This document shows, one piece after another, positions 38,734 to 48,210 of a DNA stretch of 64,000 bases. The position numbers and the translations under genes are program-made. Under the pieces are notes generated by a model, which saw only the letters and a list, made by a program, of their open reading frames with translations, was not told the origin of the DNA and searched no databases. Within the stretch, counting starts at the first letter, position 1. The number at the start of each line of letters is the position of its first letter. This DNA is from an uncultured virus (IMG/VR IMGVR_UViG_3300030085_005071) (taxonomy: Duplodnaviria; Heunggongvirae; Uroviricota; Caudoviricetes): the IMG/VR virus record IMGVR_UViG_3300030085_005071, positions 1-64,000 of that record; one strand, written 5' to 3'.

Positions 38734-39645
38734 ATGACACACAGCACACCAATTGACTATATTTTTATCGAAGGTCCAGATTGCTCCGGAAAAACAACCC
38801 TTTATGAAATGATTCATAAAGAAACTGGCTACAAATGGAATATCCAAGATCGATCAGCACTTTCTATGCTTATACACGCTCGCTACTATGGCCGTGATAC
38901 TTTTAATCACATCGAGCAGTTAAAACGTGAACTACATAATCTTAATAATCAATTAATTATTTGTCTACCTAAATGGAAAGTAATTGTTGATCGTTTTCAA
39001 AAACGTGGTGATCCAATTCAAAATATTCACAGCCTCCAAAAAATTTATAATCTTTTTCAAGAAGCAGCTGATGAATTTGGAAACTATCCTAATGTAACAG
39101 TTATTGGCAAGGTCGTAGATCAACAGTTGGTAAAAGGATTAGTTAACAGGTACCATGAAATAGAAAATGATTCCATGTTCAACCTCAGCAACGCAGCAAC
39201 ACAAATGGCTGCCCTTAAAAGCGGTAATGAAGTGTTAGGTCTTAATTTTGTTCATTACGACACCGGTGATTTCTCAGATGTAAATAAGTCAATGTTAAGT
39301 TATCATAAAGAAAAAAAATATTATCAAAAAATTGAATGTGCTGTTTTTGACAAGATTAAAGCAGAAATGCGAGGTGAGAATGAATACGAAAGACAAGAAG
39401 GTCTGGACTCGAGACGATATATTTACACTGATAATTCTTGTATTAGTCTTGCTCATTTTTTAGTTCGTGACGGTCATATGGATGCAAAGTTCTTTTTGCG
39501 ATCATCGAATGTAAAAGACACATTAACATATGACTTAAACTTTATAAAACATTTAACAGCTGAAGTATTTCGCTATTTTAAGTGCGACAGACAAGGCAAT
39601 TATTGCAAAATAGAAGTAAAAATTAACTCAGGACATGTAATTTAA
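38734..39645 (+). CDS. fusion of a dNMP kinase and a thymidylate-synthase-fold (dCMP hydroxymethylase-like) domain
   Basis: IEGPDCSGKTT, QDRS; C-terminal SRR...CISLAHFLVRDG......LRSSN...LTYD. Confidence 0.7.
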   Translation: MTHSTPIDYIFIEGPDCSGKTTLYEMIHKETGYKWNIQDRSALSMLIHARYYGRDTFNHIEQLKRELHNLNNQLIICLPKWKVIVDRFQKRGDPIQNIHSLQKIYNLFQEAADEFGNYPNVTVIGKVVDQQLVKGLVNRYHEIENDSMFNLSNAATQMAALKSGNEVLGLNFVHYDTGDFSDVNKSMLSYHKEKKYYQKIECAVFDKIKAEMRGENEYERQEGLDSRRYIYTDNSCISLAHFLVRDGHMDAKFFLRSSNVKDTLTYDLNFIKHLTAEVFRYFKCDRQGNYCKIEVKINSGHVI

Positions 39646-39655
39646 AGGAGAAAAA

Positions 39656-39805
39656 ATGGACGTCAATAAATTAATTCCAGTAACAGAAAACTCTTTAAAA
39701 GATTTNNNNNNNNNNAAAGAAGGAAATTTGTACAGAAGAGACTTTTTGACAAAAAATGGTTGGCAAATAGTTGCAAACTTTAATGAAGACGATCTTAACA
39801 GGTAG
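39656..39805 (+). CDS. hypothetical ORF interrupted by an assembly gap (39706-39715)
   Basis: AGGAG RBS, ATG 39656; true length unknown. Confidence 0.4.
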   Translation: MDVNKLIPVTENSLKDXXXXKEGNLYRRDFLTKNGWQIVANFNEDDLNR

Positions 39806-39810
39806 GAAAA

Positions 39811-40023
39811 ATGAAAAAACAATTATTGCACGCAGCCTTAATACACTTTGAGGCTTTAAAAAGTAGAGCAGAAGCTAACTTAGAAATCTATTTACAAGGA
39901 GCAGTAGGTGTAGGTGAACATCCAGATCTAGTTGAGGAGATAGTAAAACTGACGAAAGAAATAACTGAAGCTGATGAATCAATAAAATATTTAGAAAAAG
40001 CTTTACTAGAAAAGGTGGGTTAA
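39811..40023 (+). CDS. small conserved phage protein
   Basis: NLEIYL..AVGVGEHPDLVEE. Confidence 0.7.
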   Translation: MKKQLLHAALIHFEALKSRAEANLEIYLQGAVGVGEHPDLVEEIVKLTKEITEADESIKYLEKALLEKVG

Positions 40024-40581
40024 ATGGGTGAATACGATTTTATGCTTAAACGAATAAAAAAATTAATTATTGATGTGCCTGATTTTCCAAAACCCGGGAT
40101 ATTATTTAAAGACATCTCACCAGTATTTGGGGATCAAAGCGAGTTACGTAATCTTATCAAAGCTCAAGCACGCTTTATTAAGAACGACGGTCGAGATTTT
40201 GATAAGATAGTTGCGATAGAGTCACGAGGTTTTCTTTTAGGGACACTTCTTGCATATGAAACCGGTTTACCCCTAGTACTTGCTAGGAAAGCAGGTAAGC
40301 TACCGAGAGAGGTTGTGCATCAAGATTATGGCCTGGAGTACGGAAGTGATAGAATTGAGATCCACAAAGACGACATTAGTCGTGATGATCGGGTTTTAAT
40401 CGTTGATGATGTATTAGCAACAGGAGGCACAGCAGCTGCAGTTGGAAATATTATTGACGCATTAGAAGCAAAAGTAACAGGTTTTTGGTTTCTAATGGAG
40501 ATAAAAGAATTAGGCGGTCAGGATACTTTAATTAATGAATTTTCTTGTATTGATGCCAGTGATATTGAAGTAGTATTATAA
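40024..40581 (+). CDS. apt: adenine phosphoribosyltransferase
   Basis: PDFPKPGILFKDI, ESRGF, RKAGKLP, YGLEYG, VDDVLATGGT. Confidence 0.95.
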   Translation: MGEYDFMLKRIKKLIIDVPDFPKPGILFKDISPVFGDQSELRNLIKAQARFIKNDGRDFDKIVAIESRGFLLGTLLAYETGLPLVLARKAGKLPREVVHQDYGLEYGSDRIEIHKDDISRDDRVLIVDDVLATGGTAAAVGNIIDALEAKVTGFWFLMEIKELGGQDTLINEFSCIDASDIEVVL

Positions 40582-40626
40582 TTTCATAGTTAACAGTTTA
40601 TAATATAATGTTACGCAGGAGAGCAT

Positions 40627-41643
40627 ATGAAAAAAGTATTGGTGACAGGAGGCTGTGGTTTCATTGGAAGCAATTTGACCAAAGCACTTGTTAAAAAAGG
40701 CTGGCAAGTTGACGTTGTTGATGACATGTCAAACGGACATTATGAGTTACTAGAAGGTTTAAACACAAGAATTCTTCCTAACGGAAGCTTTTACGATGCA
40801 TATCAGTATACGTTGATGTCTGAAGGGAAAGAGCGCCCACAAGACGAAGTGTTATTAATTCAAGACGACTTTGCAAACGATAACACATGCAATGCATTAA
40901 TGCAAGGGATGTATGATATTGTATTTCATCAAGCAGCAGTTCCTCGCGTGAGTTATTCCGTTGAACAACCTTATCACACTACGTACGTCAATATTGGTAA
41001 GACTGTTAAGCTTTTTCAAGCTGCCAGAGGTGGTGTGAATAAAATTATCTGGGCATCTTCTTCGTCTGTTTACGGTGGTGCCAGTGTTCTACCAACTCCA
41101 GAGTTATGTGAAAAAAATCCAAAGTCTCCCTACGCATGGCAAAAGTCTGCAATCGAAGACTTTGCAAAATTAAGCTGCCAGCTTTATGATCTAGATATTG
41201 TTTGTTTGAGATACTTTAATGTTTTCGGCCCGGGCCAGTATGGTGATAGCCCATATGCAACTGCAGTCTCAGCTTGGTGCAATGCTATAGCAAACGGGCT
41301 AGAGTGTAGATCCGATGGCGATGGGCTCCAAACTCGTGATATGTGTTATGTCGATAATGTTGTGAGTGCTAATATTCTCGCAGCAATTTCTGATAAAAAG
41401 TTTAAGGGAGAATGCTACAATATTTCTTGTGGAAGAAGAACATCAAACAGAGAGATTTTAGAAGCTATGAAAGAAAGATTTGGAGAAAAAGTTAGAGTTA
41501 AGAATGCTCCGGAGCGCCCAGGTGATGTAAAGCATACTTTGGCAGATTGGTCAAAAGCAAAGAAAGACTTTGGATACGAACCGCTCGTTCATTTTTGGGA
41601 AGGGTTAGAAAAAACTTACGAATGGTGGGGGCTCAATGACTGA
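40627..41643 (+). CDS. UDP-hexose/HexNAc 4-epimerase-like SDR
   Basis: VTGGCGFIGS, HQAA.P.V..S, ASSSSVYG, SPYAWQK, LRYFNVFGP, GDGLQTRD, RPGDVKH. Confidence 0.92.
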   Translation: MKKVLVTGGCGFIGSNLTKALVKKGWQVDVVDDMSNGHYELLEGLNTRILPNGSFYDAYQYTLMSEGKERPQDEVLLIQDDFANDNTCNALMQGMYDIVFHQAAVPRVSYSVEQPYHTTYVNIGKTVKLFQAARGGVNKIIWASSSSVYGGASVLPTPELCEKNPKSPYAWQKSAIEDFAKLSCQLYDLDIVCLRYFNVFGPGQYGDSPYATAVSAWCNAIANGLECRSDGDGLQTRDMCYVDNVVSANILAAISDKKFKGECYNISCGRRTSNREILEAMKERFGEKVRVKNAPERPGDVKHTLADWSKAKKDFGYEPLVHFWEGLEKTYEWWGLND

Positions 41644-42214
41644 ATTAGTATTATATACTGGGCCGATGTTTAGCTCTAAAACGACAAAATTGTTAATGGA
41701 GGCTGATAAGCGACAGTACCAAAAACAAAAGATTGTTTCATTTAAATCTAGAATGGATGACAGATATTCAGTTTTTGGTGAGATCGTCACACACAATTTT
41801 AATAAGCTCCCAGCACATCTTGTATCAACTGGCGATGAAGTAATCAATAAGATAGTGGAACTAGAAGATATATCTGACATAGACACAGTAATTATTGATG
41901 AGTTATTTTTAATTGATGGTGGTGCTGATGCCTGTGTAAAACTTTTTAAAAAAGGTTATAATGTTATCATTGCTTCTATTGACCTCTCCTTTACAGGAGA
42001 ACCCTTTGAAGAGGTAAAAAATATTATGCCTTATTGCACTAAAATTGAAAAATGTACTGCAGTGTGTACCGTATGTCAATCAGACGCAAGATACACAGCA
42101 AGAAAATCTCAAAGTAGTCTTTCAAACACAAAAGACGAAAACCAAATTCAGGTAGGTGGGTCAGAACTTTATGAAGCAAGATGTCAATTACACCATAATT
42201 ATATGAGAGACTAA
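41636..42214 (+). CDS. tdk: thymidine kinase
   Basis: GPMFSSKTT, IIDE, AVCTVC, GG.ELYEARC. Confidence 0.92.
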   Translation: MTELVLYTGPMFSSKTTKLLMEADKRQYQKQKIVSFKSRMDDRYSVFGEIVTHNFNKLPAHLVSTGDEVINKIVELEDISDIDTVIIDELFLIDGGADACVKLFKKGYNVIIASIDLSFTGEPFEEVKNIMPYCTKIEKCTAVCTVCQSDARYTARKSQSSLSNTKDENQIQVGGSELYEARCQLHHNYMRD

Positions 42215-42225
42215 ATCAGGAGAGA

Positions 42226-43065
42226 ATGATGTTAGACCCTTCAAGTGTTAACTGTGTTATTTATCATGCAAACTGTACTGACGGATTTGGATCTGCGTAT
42301 TCAGCTTGGAAGCTTCTTGGTAACAGAGCTGAGTATTATCCATGCAAACATGGCGATAATCCACCAGATGTCAAAGGCAAGACTGTGGTGATACTAGATT
42401 TTTCGTTTAGTAATGCGACAACCAAACAAATGATAAAGGACGCAAAAGATTTGATCGTAATAGATCATCACAAGTCTGCTGTAGTAGAACTACACGATAT
42501 ATCAAATACAATTTTTGATATGAATAAGTCTGGTGCAACAATGGCATGGGAATTTTTCCATCCGGGAAAAGAATCACCCAAGTTTATTCAGTATATTACA
42601 GATAGAGACTTGTGGCGATGGGAATTACCATATTCAAAAGAGTTTAGCGCAGCTTTTGACATGGTACCTTTCGAATTTGAAGAATTTGAAAAATTCGAAG
42701 ACGATTCTGTTTTTGACGATGCTGTTAAACGTGGGAGTTATATTCTTGCTTATTCTAAAACTGTAATTAAAAAAGTTTGTGATAAGGCTGCAAACAGAAA
42801 AATCGACGGCAAACACGTTATGGTTGTTAATTCATCCCACTGGATGAGTGAAATAGGAGCAAAGCTTTCACCAGACTGCGACTTTGCACTTATCTGGTAT
42901 TATGATCACAACGATAAAAGGATCAAAGTGAGCCTCCGTGCTTTTCACGAGCACATTGATGTTTCTGAAATATCTAAAAAATACGGTGGTGGAGGTCACA
43001 AAAAAGCTGGAGGTTTCACACTACCAGGAGATTTTAAAATAGAAGAACTTTTCGACAAAGAGTGA
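42226..43065 (+). CDS. DHH/DHHA1 phosphoesterase (NrnB-like)
   Basis: YHANCTDG, LDFS, IDHH, DRDLW, SLR, GGGGHKKAGGF. Confidence 0.9.
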   Translation: MMLDPSSVNCVIYHANCTDGFGSAYSAWKLLGNRAEYYPCKHGDNPPDVKGKTVVILDFSFSNATTKQMIKDAKDLIVIDHHKSAVVELHDISNTIFDMNKSGATMAWEFFHPGKESPKFIQYITDRDLWRWELPYSKEFSAAFDMVPFEFEEFEKFEDDSVFDDAVKRGSYILAYSKTVIKKVCDKAANRKIDGKHVMVVNSSHWMSEIGAKLSPDCDFALIWYYDHNDKRIKVSLRAFHEHIDVSEISKKYGGGGHKKAGGFTLPGDFKIEELFDKE

Positions 43066-43071
43066 GGTTCT

Positions 43072-43458
43072 ATGAAGTACAGCGATAAAATAATTGAACA
43101 TTTTAATAACCCAAGAAACGTCGGTAGTTTTGACAATTTAGAGAACGTTGGCACCGGATTAGTTGGAGCTCCTGCCTGCGGTGATGTAATGCAACTCCAG
43201 TTGAAAATATCTGATGAAGGTATTATTGAAGATGCAAAATTCAAGACATTCGGTTGTGGGTCTGCGATAGCTTCGAGCTCATTAGTAACAACGCTTGTAA
43301 TAGGAAAAGATCTAGATCAAATCAAAGAAATTAAAAACATTGATATTGCAAAACAATTAGAACTCCCACCCCAAAAGATACATTGCTCTGTTCTCGCAGA
43401 AGATGCCATTAAAGCCGCAATACAAAATTATCACGCACGGAAAAGTAGTGAGACCTGA
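43072..43458 (+). CDS. iscU: Fe-S cluster scaffold IscU
   Basis: HFNNPRNVG, GAPACGD, FKTFGCGSAIASSS, LPPQKIHCS. Confidence 0.95.
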   Translation: MKYSDKIIEHFNNPRNVGSFDNLENVGTGLVGAPACGDVMQLQLKISDEGIIEDAKFKTFGCGSAIASSSLVTTLVIGKDLDQIKEIKNIDIAKQLELPPQKIHCSVLAEDAIKAAIQNYHARKSSET

Positions 43459-43855
43459 CTGGAATGAAATATGGAAACGCTTTGCCCTTGATATTGCAAA
43501 GCGTTCACCTGATCCTAAATTTCAAGTCGGTGCTGTCATAGTTACTGATGACAATACACAGGTCTTAGCATTAGGTTATAACGGTGATCACAAAGGTGGA
43601 CCTAATTGTAGGGCGTCTTTGGAGACAGGAAAGAGTGGTTTTATTCATGCTGAAGTTAACGCTTTGATCAAATGTGATTTCAACAACCCGAAAAAGAAAA
43701 AAATGTATTTAACACATTCACCCTGTCCAGTTTGTGCAAAATGCATTGTTAATGCTGGTATTGATGAAGTTTTATACATTAAAGATTATGAACCTGACAT
43801 GACAGGTGTGAGAATACTTAAAGATAGTAATATTAAAGTTAAGAAATTGTCATAG
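43448..43855 (+). CDS. dCMP deaminase
   Basis: VGAVIV, GYNG, HAEVNAL, THSPCPVC; GTG start at 43448 assumed. Confidence 0.9.
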   Translation: MRPDWNEIWKRFALDIAKRSPDPKFQVGAVIVTDDNTQVLALGYNGDHKGGPNCRASLETGKSGFIHAEVNALIKCDFNNPKKKKMYLTHSPCPVCAKCIVNAGIDEVLYIKDYEPDMTGVRILKDSNIKVKKLS

Positions 43856-43893
43856 GAGACATATATATATAATTATCTTTAGGTGGTGCGTCT

Positions 43894-44133
43894 ATGAAAG
43901 AAAATCTTAAAAAAGGAATCAGGAAGAAGAAAAATAAAGTCATATCAATGATATCTGATTCTCTTTTGATACGTCACAAGAAAACAAGAATTGAGTATAC
44001 TATTAGTAAGGTTCTATTTAAAGAAGGACAACCTGTGATAATTGCTTATAGATATTATGGCAAAAAAGGAAAAAGAAAACGTGTCTACATTAAATTAGAC
44101 GCAAAAGAATTTAACAAATATGAGTCGGTGTAA
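43894..44133 (+). CDS. small basic hypothetical protein
   Basis: RBS AGGTGG; 79 aa. Confidence 0.6.
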   Translation: MKENLKKGIRKKKNKVISMISDSLLIRHKKTRIEYTISKVLFKEGQPVIIAYRYYGKKGKRKRVYIKLDAKEFNKYESV

Positions 44134-44135
44134 AT

Positions 44136-44816
44136 ATGAAAGAAATTTTTAATGAGAAGGCAAAGCAAGCGATTAAAGAAACTTTAAGTTTAAATGAAGC
44201 GCTATCAGCACAACAAAAGCAATTTAGTTTCAATGTAGACCTTTTAAGCGGTGACAATTTTCAAAATCACCTAGAACTTTACCAAGGATACATTAAAAAC
44301 TTCAATGAAGTAAGTGCTAAACTTGACACTGCTGACAGATCTAATGTTAATTGTAACCACTCAGAGTTTAGATCGCTAAAATTAGACGAAACTTTCAATA
44401 TGAATGGTGTCTACTTGCATGAACTTTATTTTGCTAACATTGGGGATCCTCACTCAGAAATAAAAATGGATTCACTTTCTTACATGAGATTATCAAGAGA
44501 CTTTGGTAGTTTTGACAATTGGCAAAAAGACTTGATGGCATGCATGGCAGCATCACAATGCGGCTGGGCAATAACATACTTAAATACGTACACACAGACA
44601 TTCATGAATGCTGTTGTTGATTTACACTCTAATAACGTCCCTGCTGGATGTTTTCCAATTATTGTACTTGACGCATGGCAACATGCATACTACAGAGATT
44701 ATCTTAAAGATGTAGATACTTATACACGTGCAATGATGAAAACTTTAAAGTGGCCTATCATAGAAGAAAGAATCAAAAAGGCAGATAAGATAATTCAAGT
44801 TTTACGAGGAAACTAA
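44136..44816 (+). CDS. Fe/Mn superoxide dismutase-like protein with N-terminal leader
   Basis: H.ELY.GY, NG..LHELYF, FGSF..W, GWA, LDAWQHAYY.DY. Confidence 0.85.
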   Translation: MKEIFNEKAKQAIKETLSLNEALSAQQKQFSFNVDLLSGDNFQNHLELYQGYIKNFNEVSAKLDTADRSNVNCNHSEFRSLKLDETFNMNGVYLHELYFANIGDPHSEIKMDSLSYMRLSRDFGSFDNWQKDLMACMAASQCGWAITYLNTYTQTFMNAVVDLHSNNVPAGCFPIIVLDAWQHAYYRDYLKDVDTYTRAMMKTLKWPIIEERIKKADKIIQVLRGN

Positions 44817-45457
44817 TGAAAAATTTTAAGCAAAAATATCTTTTATTTGAACAAGAAGACATCCAGGACTCTGACGTACCTGAAGAAAATATGGGCGTTG
44901 ATGGTGAATTAGTTGCCAGAAAAGCTGACGATAGTGTCGACGATCAAATTGATTCACTTATTTTAATGTACGAGAAAGAAAGTATTAGGGACGAAGAAGA
45001 TGAAATTGAATCTATTAATGAATCTTTGCAAAGATTATCCTTGCGCGCTTTACTCAGAGAACAAGAAGAAGAAGACCCCGCGGCGCCGCCTGAAGCAGCT
45101 GAAGATCCAGTCGAGGAAGAACCTGATGTAGAACCCACAGGGTCAGAAGAAATATCAGCAAAGCCGGCTGATAAGCAAAAAGTACCTGACTTAGATATTG
45201 ATAAATTTACTATCGACGTCGCCAGACTAGTCATGAATTATAAGCAATTGCTAGATGTTGAGAAGGCAATTATTAATAGAACTAAAAACTTTTTAGACGA
45301 GAACTACGGCGATACGTTTGTTGAAAGATTCCTAAGTACATTAGAAGAGCAATTTGGATTATCAATTGATGAATTTGATGATGAGGACGTGCAAGATGCG
45401 CCTTTTGCTATCGGCGCAAATCCAGCGGGCGCAGGCTCTGTTGGTGGTGGAAGTTAA
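44816..45457 (+). CDS. acidic leader-tagged hypothetical protein
   Basis: MKNFKQKYLLFEQ; internal LRALLREQ. Confidence 0.7.
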   Translation: MKNFKQKYLLFEQEDIQDSDVPEENMGVDGELVARKADDSVDDQIDSLILMYEKESIRDEEDEIESINESLQRLSLRALLREQEEEDPAAPPEAAEDPVEEEPDVEPTGSEEISAKPADKQKVPDLDIDKFTIDVARLVMNYKQLLDVEKAIINRTKNFLDENYGDTFVERFLSTLEEQFGLSIDEFDDEDVQDAPFAIGANPAGAGSVGGGS

Positions 45458-45458
45458 C

Positions 45459-45728
45459 ATGTCTAAAAAATATGACTTACTTGTGAAGAAATCTGTCCAT
45501 TTTAGTTTGACAAAAGATAGCCACACCGCTTTAAAAATGGCTTGTGCTGCCAGAAGCCTCTCAATGCAAGAGGTAATTGAAGCATTTGCGAAGAGGCTGG
45601 AAATCGAAGACAGTAAAATGCTAAAGTTTCTTGATGAAGTTGTTGAAGAGAAAAGACAAAAATCTAGTAAAACTTTTAGCAAGTCTGATGTTGAAAGTAT
45701 ATTTAGTATGATAGAGAACGAGGATTAA
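45459..45728 (+). CDS. ribbon-helix-helix DNA-binding protein
   Basis: KSVHFSLTKDSHTALKMACAARSLSMQEVIE. Confidence 0.65.
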   Translation: MSKKYDLLVKKSVHFSLTKDSHTALKMACAARSLSMQEVIEAFAKRLEIEDSKMLKFLDEVVEEKRQKSSKTFSKSDVESIFSMIENED

Positions 45729-45729
45729 C

Positions 45730-46071
45730 ATGAAAAATTTAAATCGATCAAAACTTAGACAGATTCTCATGGAAGAAGTAATAAACGCGTCTGAAATGTC
45801 ACAGTTTTCTGGAAGCAAGTCTGGTAAGGCTGTGAAGAAAGCTGGGGCCAAAATTATGACAGCCGGAAAACAAATCAGAGATATTGCGGAAGATCAAACA
45901 GGACGTATGAGAGAAACATTAGGAAGTCTTTCAGAGTTTGTTTATAAAATGGGTAATGCGCTAGAGCGAATGGATCATTTAGAAGAGGGTGAGACTGTTG
46001 CTGATAATCTCCCAACAGTACAAGAGCTCAAAAAGCTTTATAAAGAAATAGTAAGTTTAGAAAAAAAGTAA
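45730..46071 (+). CDS. leader-tagged hypothetical protein
   Basis: MKNLNRSKLRQILMEEV. Confidence 0.7.
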   Translation: MKNLNRSKLRQILMEEVINASEMSQFSGSKSGKAVKKAGAKIMTAGKQIRDIAEDQTGRMRETLGSLSEFVYKMGNALERMDHLEEGETVADNLPTVQELKKLYKEIVSLEKK

Positions 46072-46080
46072 GAGGTCAAT

Positions 46081-46350
46081 ATGAGCTTAGAAGAAATAAA
46101 AGAAGCAGTGGCTAAATTACCTGAAGATAAAGTTGAAAAACTTAAGAAAGACTTCTATCTTGGAAGCAAGACAAAAGGTGTGCTCGACGGTCTCCAAGAA
46201 AAGATTATATCCCGCAAGTTACTCGTGTTCTCAACTGCAACAGCACTGTTAGTGTATTCAGGTTTGGATGCAGACACATGGGGAATGATCGCAATGATGT
46301 ACATTGGTGGTCAATCTGCGATTGACTTTGCAAAAGTATGGAAAGGATAA
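46081..46350 (+). CDS. putative holin
   Basis: SRK followed by two TM helices and a YIGGQ..ID motif. Confidence 0.55.
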   Translation: MSLEEIKEAVAKLPEDKVEKLKKDFYLGSKTKGVLDGLQEKIISRKLLVFSTATALLVYSGLDADTWGMIAMMYIGGQSAIDFAKVWKG

Positions 46351-47444
46351 AAGACAACAAACATAAGATATCTAGAAGATATCTTCGTGCCTTAATAATA
46401 GAGTCCGTCGAAAAAGAAGCTGAAAAAAACTCAAACGCAAAAATGGTCGCAAAAGCCATCAGCAAGGCTGTAAAAGTGTCAGGTTCTGTTGACTTAAAAA
46501 ATCAATCTGCAACAGCAACCGTTAAAGGACCAAAAAACTTAAGTGCAACCGTTAAAGGATCCAAAGATAACATTCGTTTAACTGTTCCCTTGACAATTGG
46601 TGCAGAAAAAGTAACACTAAACTTATCTGTTCCTCCTGAAGATCTTCAAGGCGCATTCCAGGGTAAAAAATCCAAGGTTAATTTAAACGGAACAGTTGGG
46701 AAAGGTAGTGACAAAAAAAGTGTGTCGGTAGTGTTAGACCCTAATTTAAAAGCCTATACTGGTAACTTAAGAGGAAAAAACGTAGGATTTGATATTAAGT
46801 TTGATGCTAAGAAAAATGTTGGATCTACGGGCGCACAATTTAAGCTAGCTGACATGTTGCCCGCATCGAAACTTACACCTGACAGTTTAAAAATTGGGAC
46901 GACGCACAGCTTCGACGCTAAAGATACAAATATTTCTTTAGGGATATCTAAAGATTTTAAATTCAATGACGGGAAACTAACAACATCAATTTCTGGCAAG
47001 GCAGGTGTTACGCCAGGTAGTGAAAAGTCTGGATTTGTTAATGTAACTTATAAACCGAAAAGTAAAAAGAAAAACAAAGGCAAGATAAGTCGCACACTTG
47101 ATAAACATGGTGTGCCATTGGTTACAAAATATGCTGATACAAAATCAGGTGGGCTTAAGAAGACAAAAGATAATAAAACAACCAAGATCAAGTCTGATAT
47201 CGATTCTGTAAAGAAAAAAGTAAAGGTAAATGAAATGAAGTTAACAAGAAAACAACTAGTAGAGTTAGTTTTAGAATCAACAGAATTAAAGAGACATTTA
47301 ACAAACACACAAAAAAGCCTAGATTCTCTCCAGAATAAGCTTATGACAAGTGTCGACAAAGAAATACATATACTAGAAATAAACGATGTACTAAGAAATA
47401 TAGTTGAATATTTGCTAGAAAAATCAAAATTGGAAAATACTTAA
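46338..47444 (+). CDS. beta-strand-rich basic protein flanked by two copies of the tag
   Basis: KISRRYLRALIIES ... NEMKLTRKQLVELVLES. Confidence 0.7.
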   Translation: MERIKDNKHKISRRYLRALIIESVEKEAEKNSNAKMVAKAISKAVKVSGSVDLKNQSATATVKGPKNLSATVKGSKDNIRLTVPLTIGAEKVTLNLSVPPEDLQGAFQGKKSKVNLNGTVGKGSDKKSVSVVLDPNLKAYTGNLRGKNVGFDIKFDAKKNVGSTGAQFKLADMLPASKLTPDSLKIGTTHSFDAKDTNISLGISKDFKFNDGKLTTSISGKAGVTPGSEKSGFVNVTYKPKSKKKNKGKISRTLDKHGVPLVTKYADTKSGGLKKTKDNKTTKIKSDIDSVKKKVKVNEMKLTRKQLVELVLESTELKRHLTNTQKSLDSLQNKLMTSVDKEIHILEINDVLRNIVEYLLEKSKLENT

Positions 47445-47773
47445 TGATTAAATGGATTAAAGAGCAGTGGCAATGGATAGTCGGAGGCCTCCTCGCAATT
47501 ATCGCGATCGCAGCCTCAAAAAAAAGAGATAGTGTAGATAGGGTAGAAAAAAGTGACAGCAAGGCAAAAGCAGAACGCGATCAGAAAGTTAATGAAAGTC
47601 AGAAGAAAGCTTACGAAGAATTTATATCAAAGAGATCAGAAGCGGAGGAAAAATTCCGTGAAGAAGTTGAGGCGATCGCTGAAAACAAGGTAAAGCGTCA
47701 AAAAGAATTAGAAAACAATCCCGAAGAACTAGATAAGATATTAAAGGAAAAATACAAGCTAAAGGGGGAATAA
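47444..47773 (+). CDS. putative inner-membrane spanin
   Basis: N-terminal TM helix plus charged coiled coil. Confidence 0.5.
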   Translation: MIKWIKEQWQWIVGGLLAIIAIAASKKRDSVDRVEKSDSKAKAERDQKVNESQKKAYEEFISKRSEAEEKFREEVEAIAENKVKRQKELENNPEELDKILKEKYKLKGE

Positions 47774-48168
47774 TGTTTTTATATGCTTTTATTGCATCGC
47801 TATGGGCAGCAGACTTAGACTACGCAAATGTTGACAAAGGTGATCCAGCACCGTTCACTGGAAAATTATTAACACACGATGCAATTGCACAAATTATTGC
47901 CACACACGAGAAAGAATTGCTCCAAGCAGACCTGGACAAGGAATTTGAACTTCAGAGAACAGCTGATAATTTAAATCTTAAATATGATTTGTATTCTACA
48001 AAGTGTGAAGCAGACAAGGAAATGTACATTCAAATGATTGAGGCACGCGATGTAGAATTAAAAGCCCAAGCACGTAGAGATTGGATCCAGCGCTTAGCAT
48101 TCTTTGGTGGATTTGCACTAGGTACTGCAACAACAATAGGAATTACATATTCTGTGAATCAAAATTAA
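47773..48168 (+). CDS. putative spanin partner / exported membrane protein
   Basis: Signal peptide, KGDPAPFTGKLL, coiled coil, C-terminal TM. Confidence 0.45.
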   Translation: MFLYAFIASLWAADLDYANVDKGDPAPFTGKLLTHDAIAQIIATHEKELLQADLDKEFELQRTADNLNLKYDLYSTKCEADKEMYIQMIEARDVELKAQARRDWIQRLAFFGGFALGTATTIGITYSVNQN

Positions 48169-48210
48169 TTTTCGTGTAATAATTAATATAAATAGTTTAG
48201 TGAGGTTTAC

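Noticed and set aside
754..39715. Truncated ORFs at 754-763 and 39706-39715 as pseudogenes
   Set aside because: They coincide with 10-N scaffold gaps.
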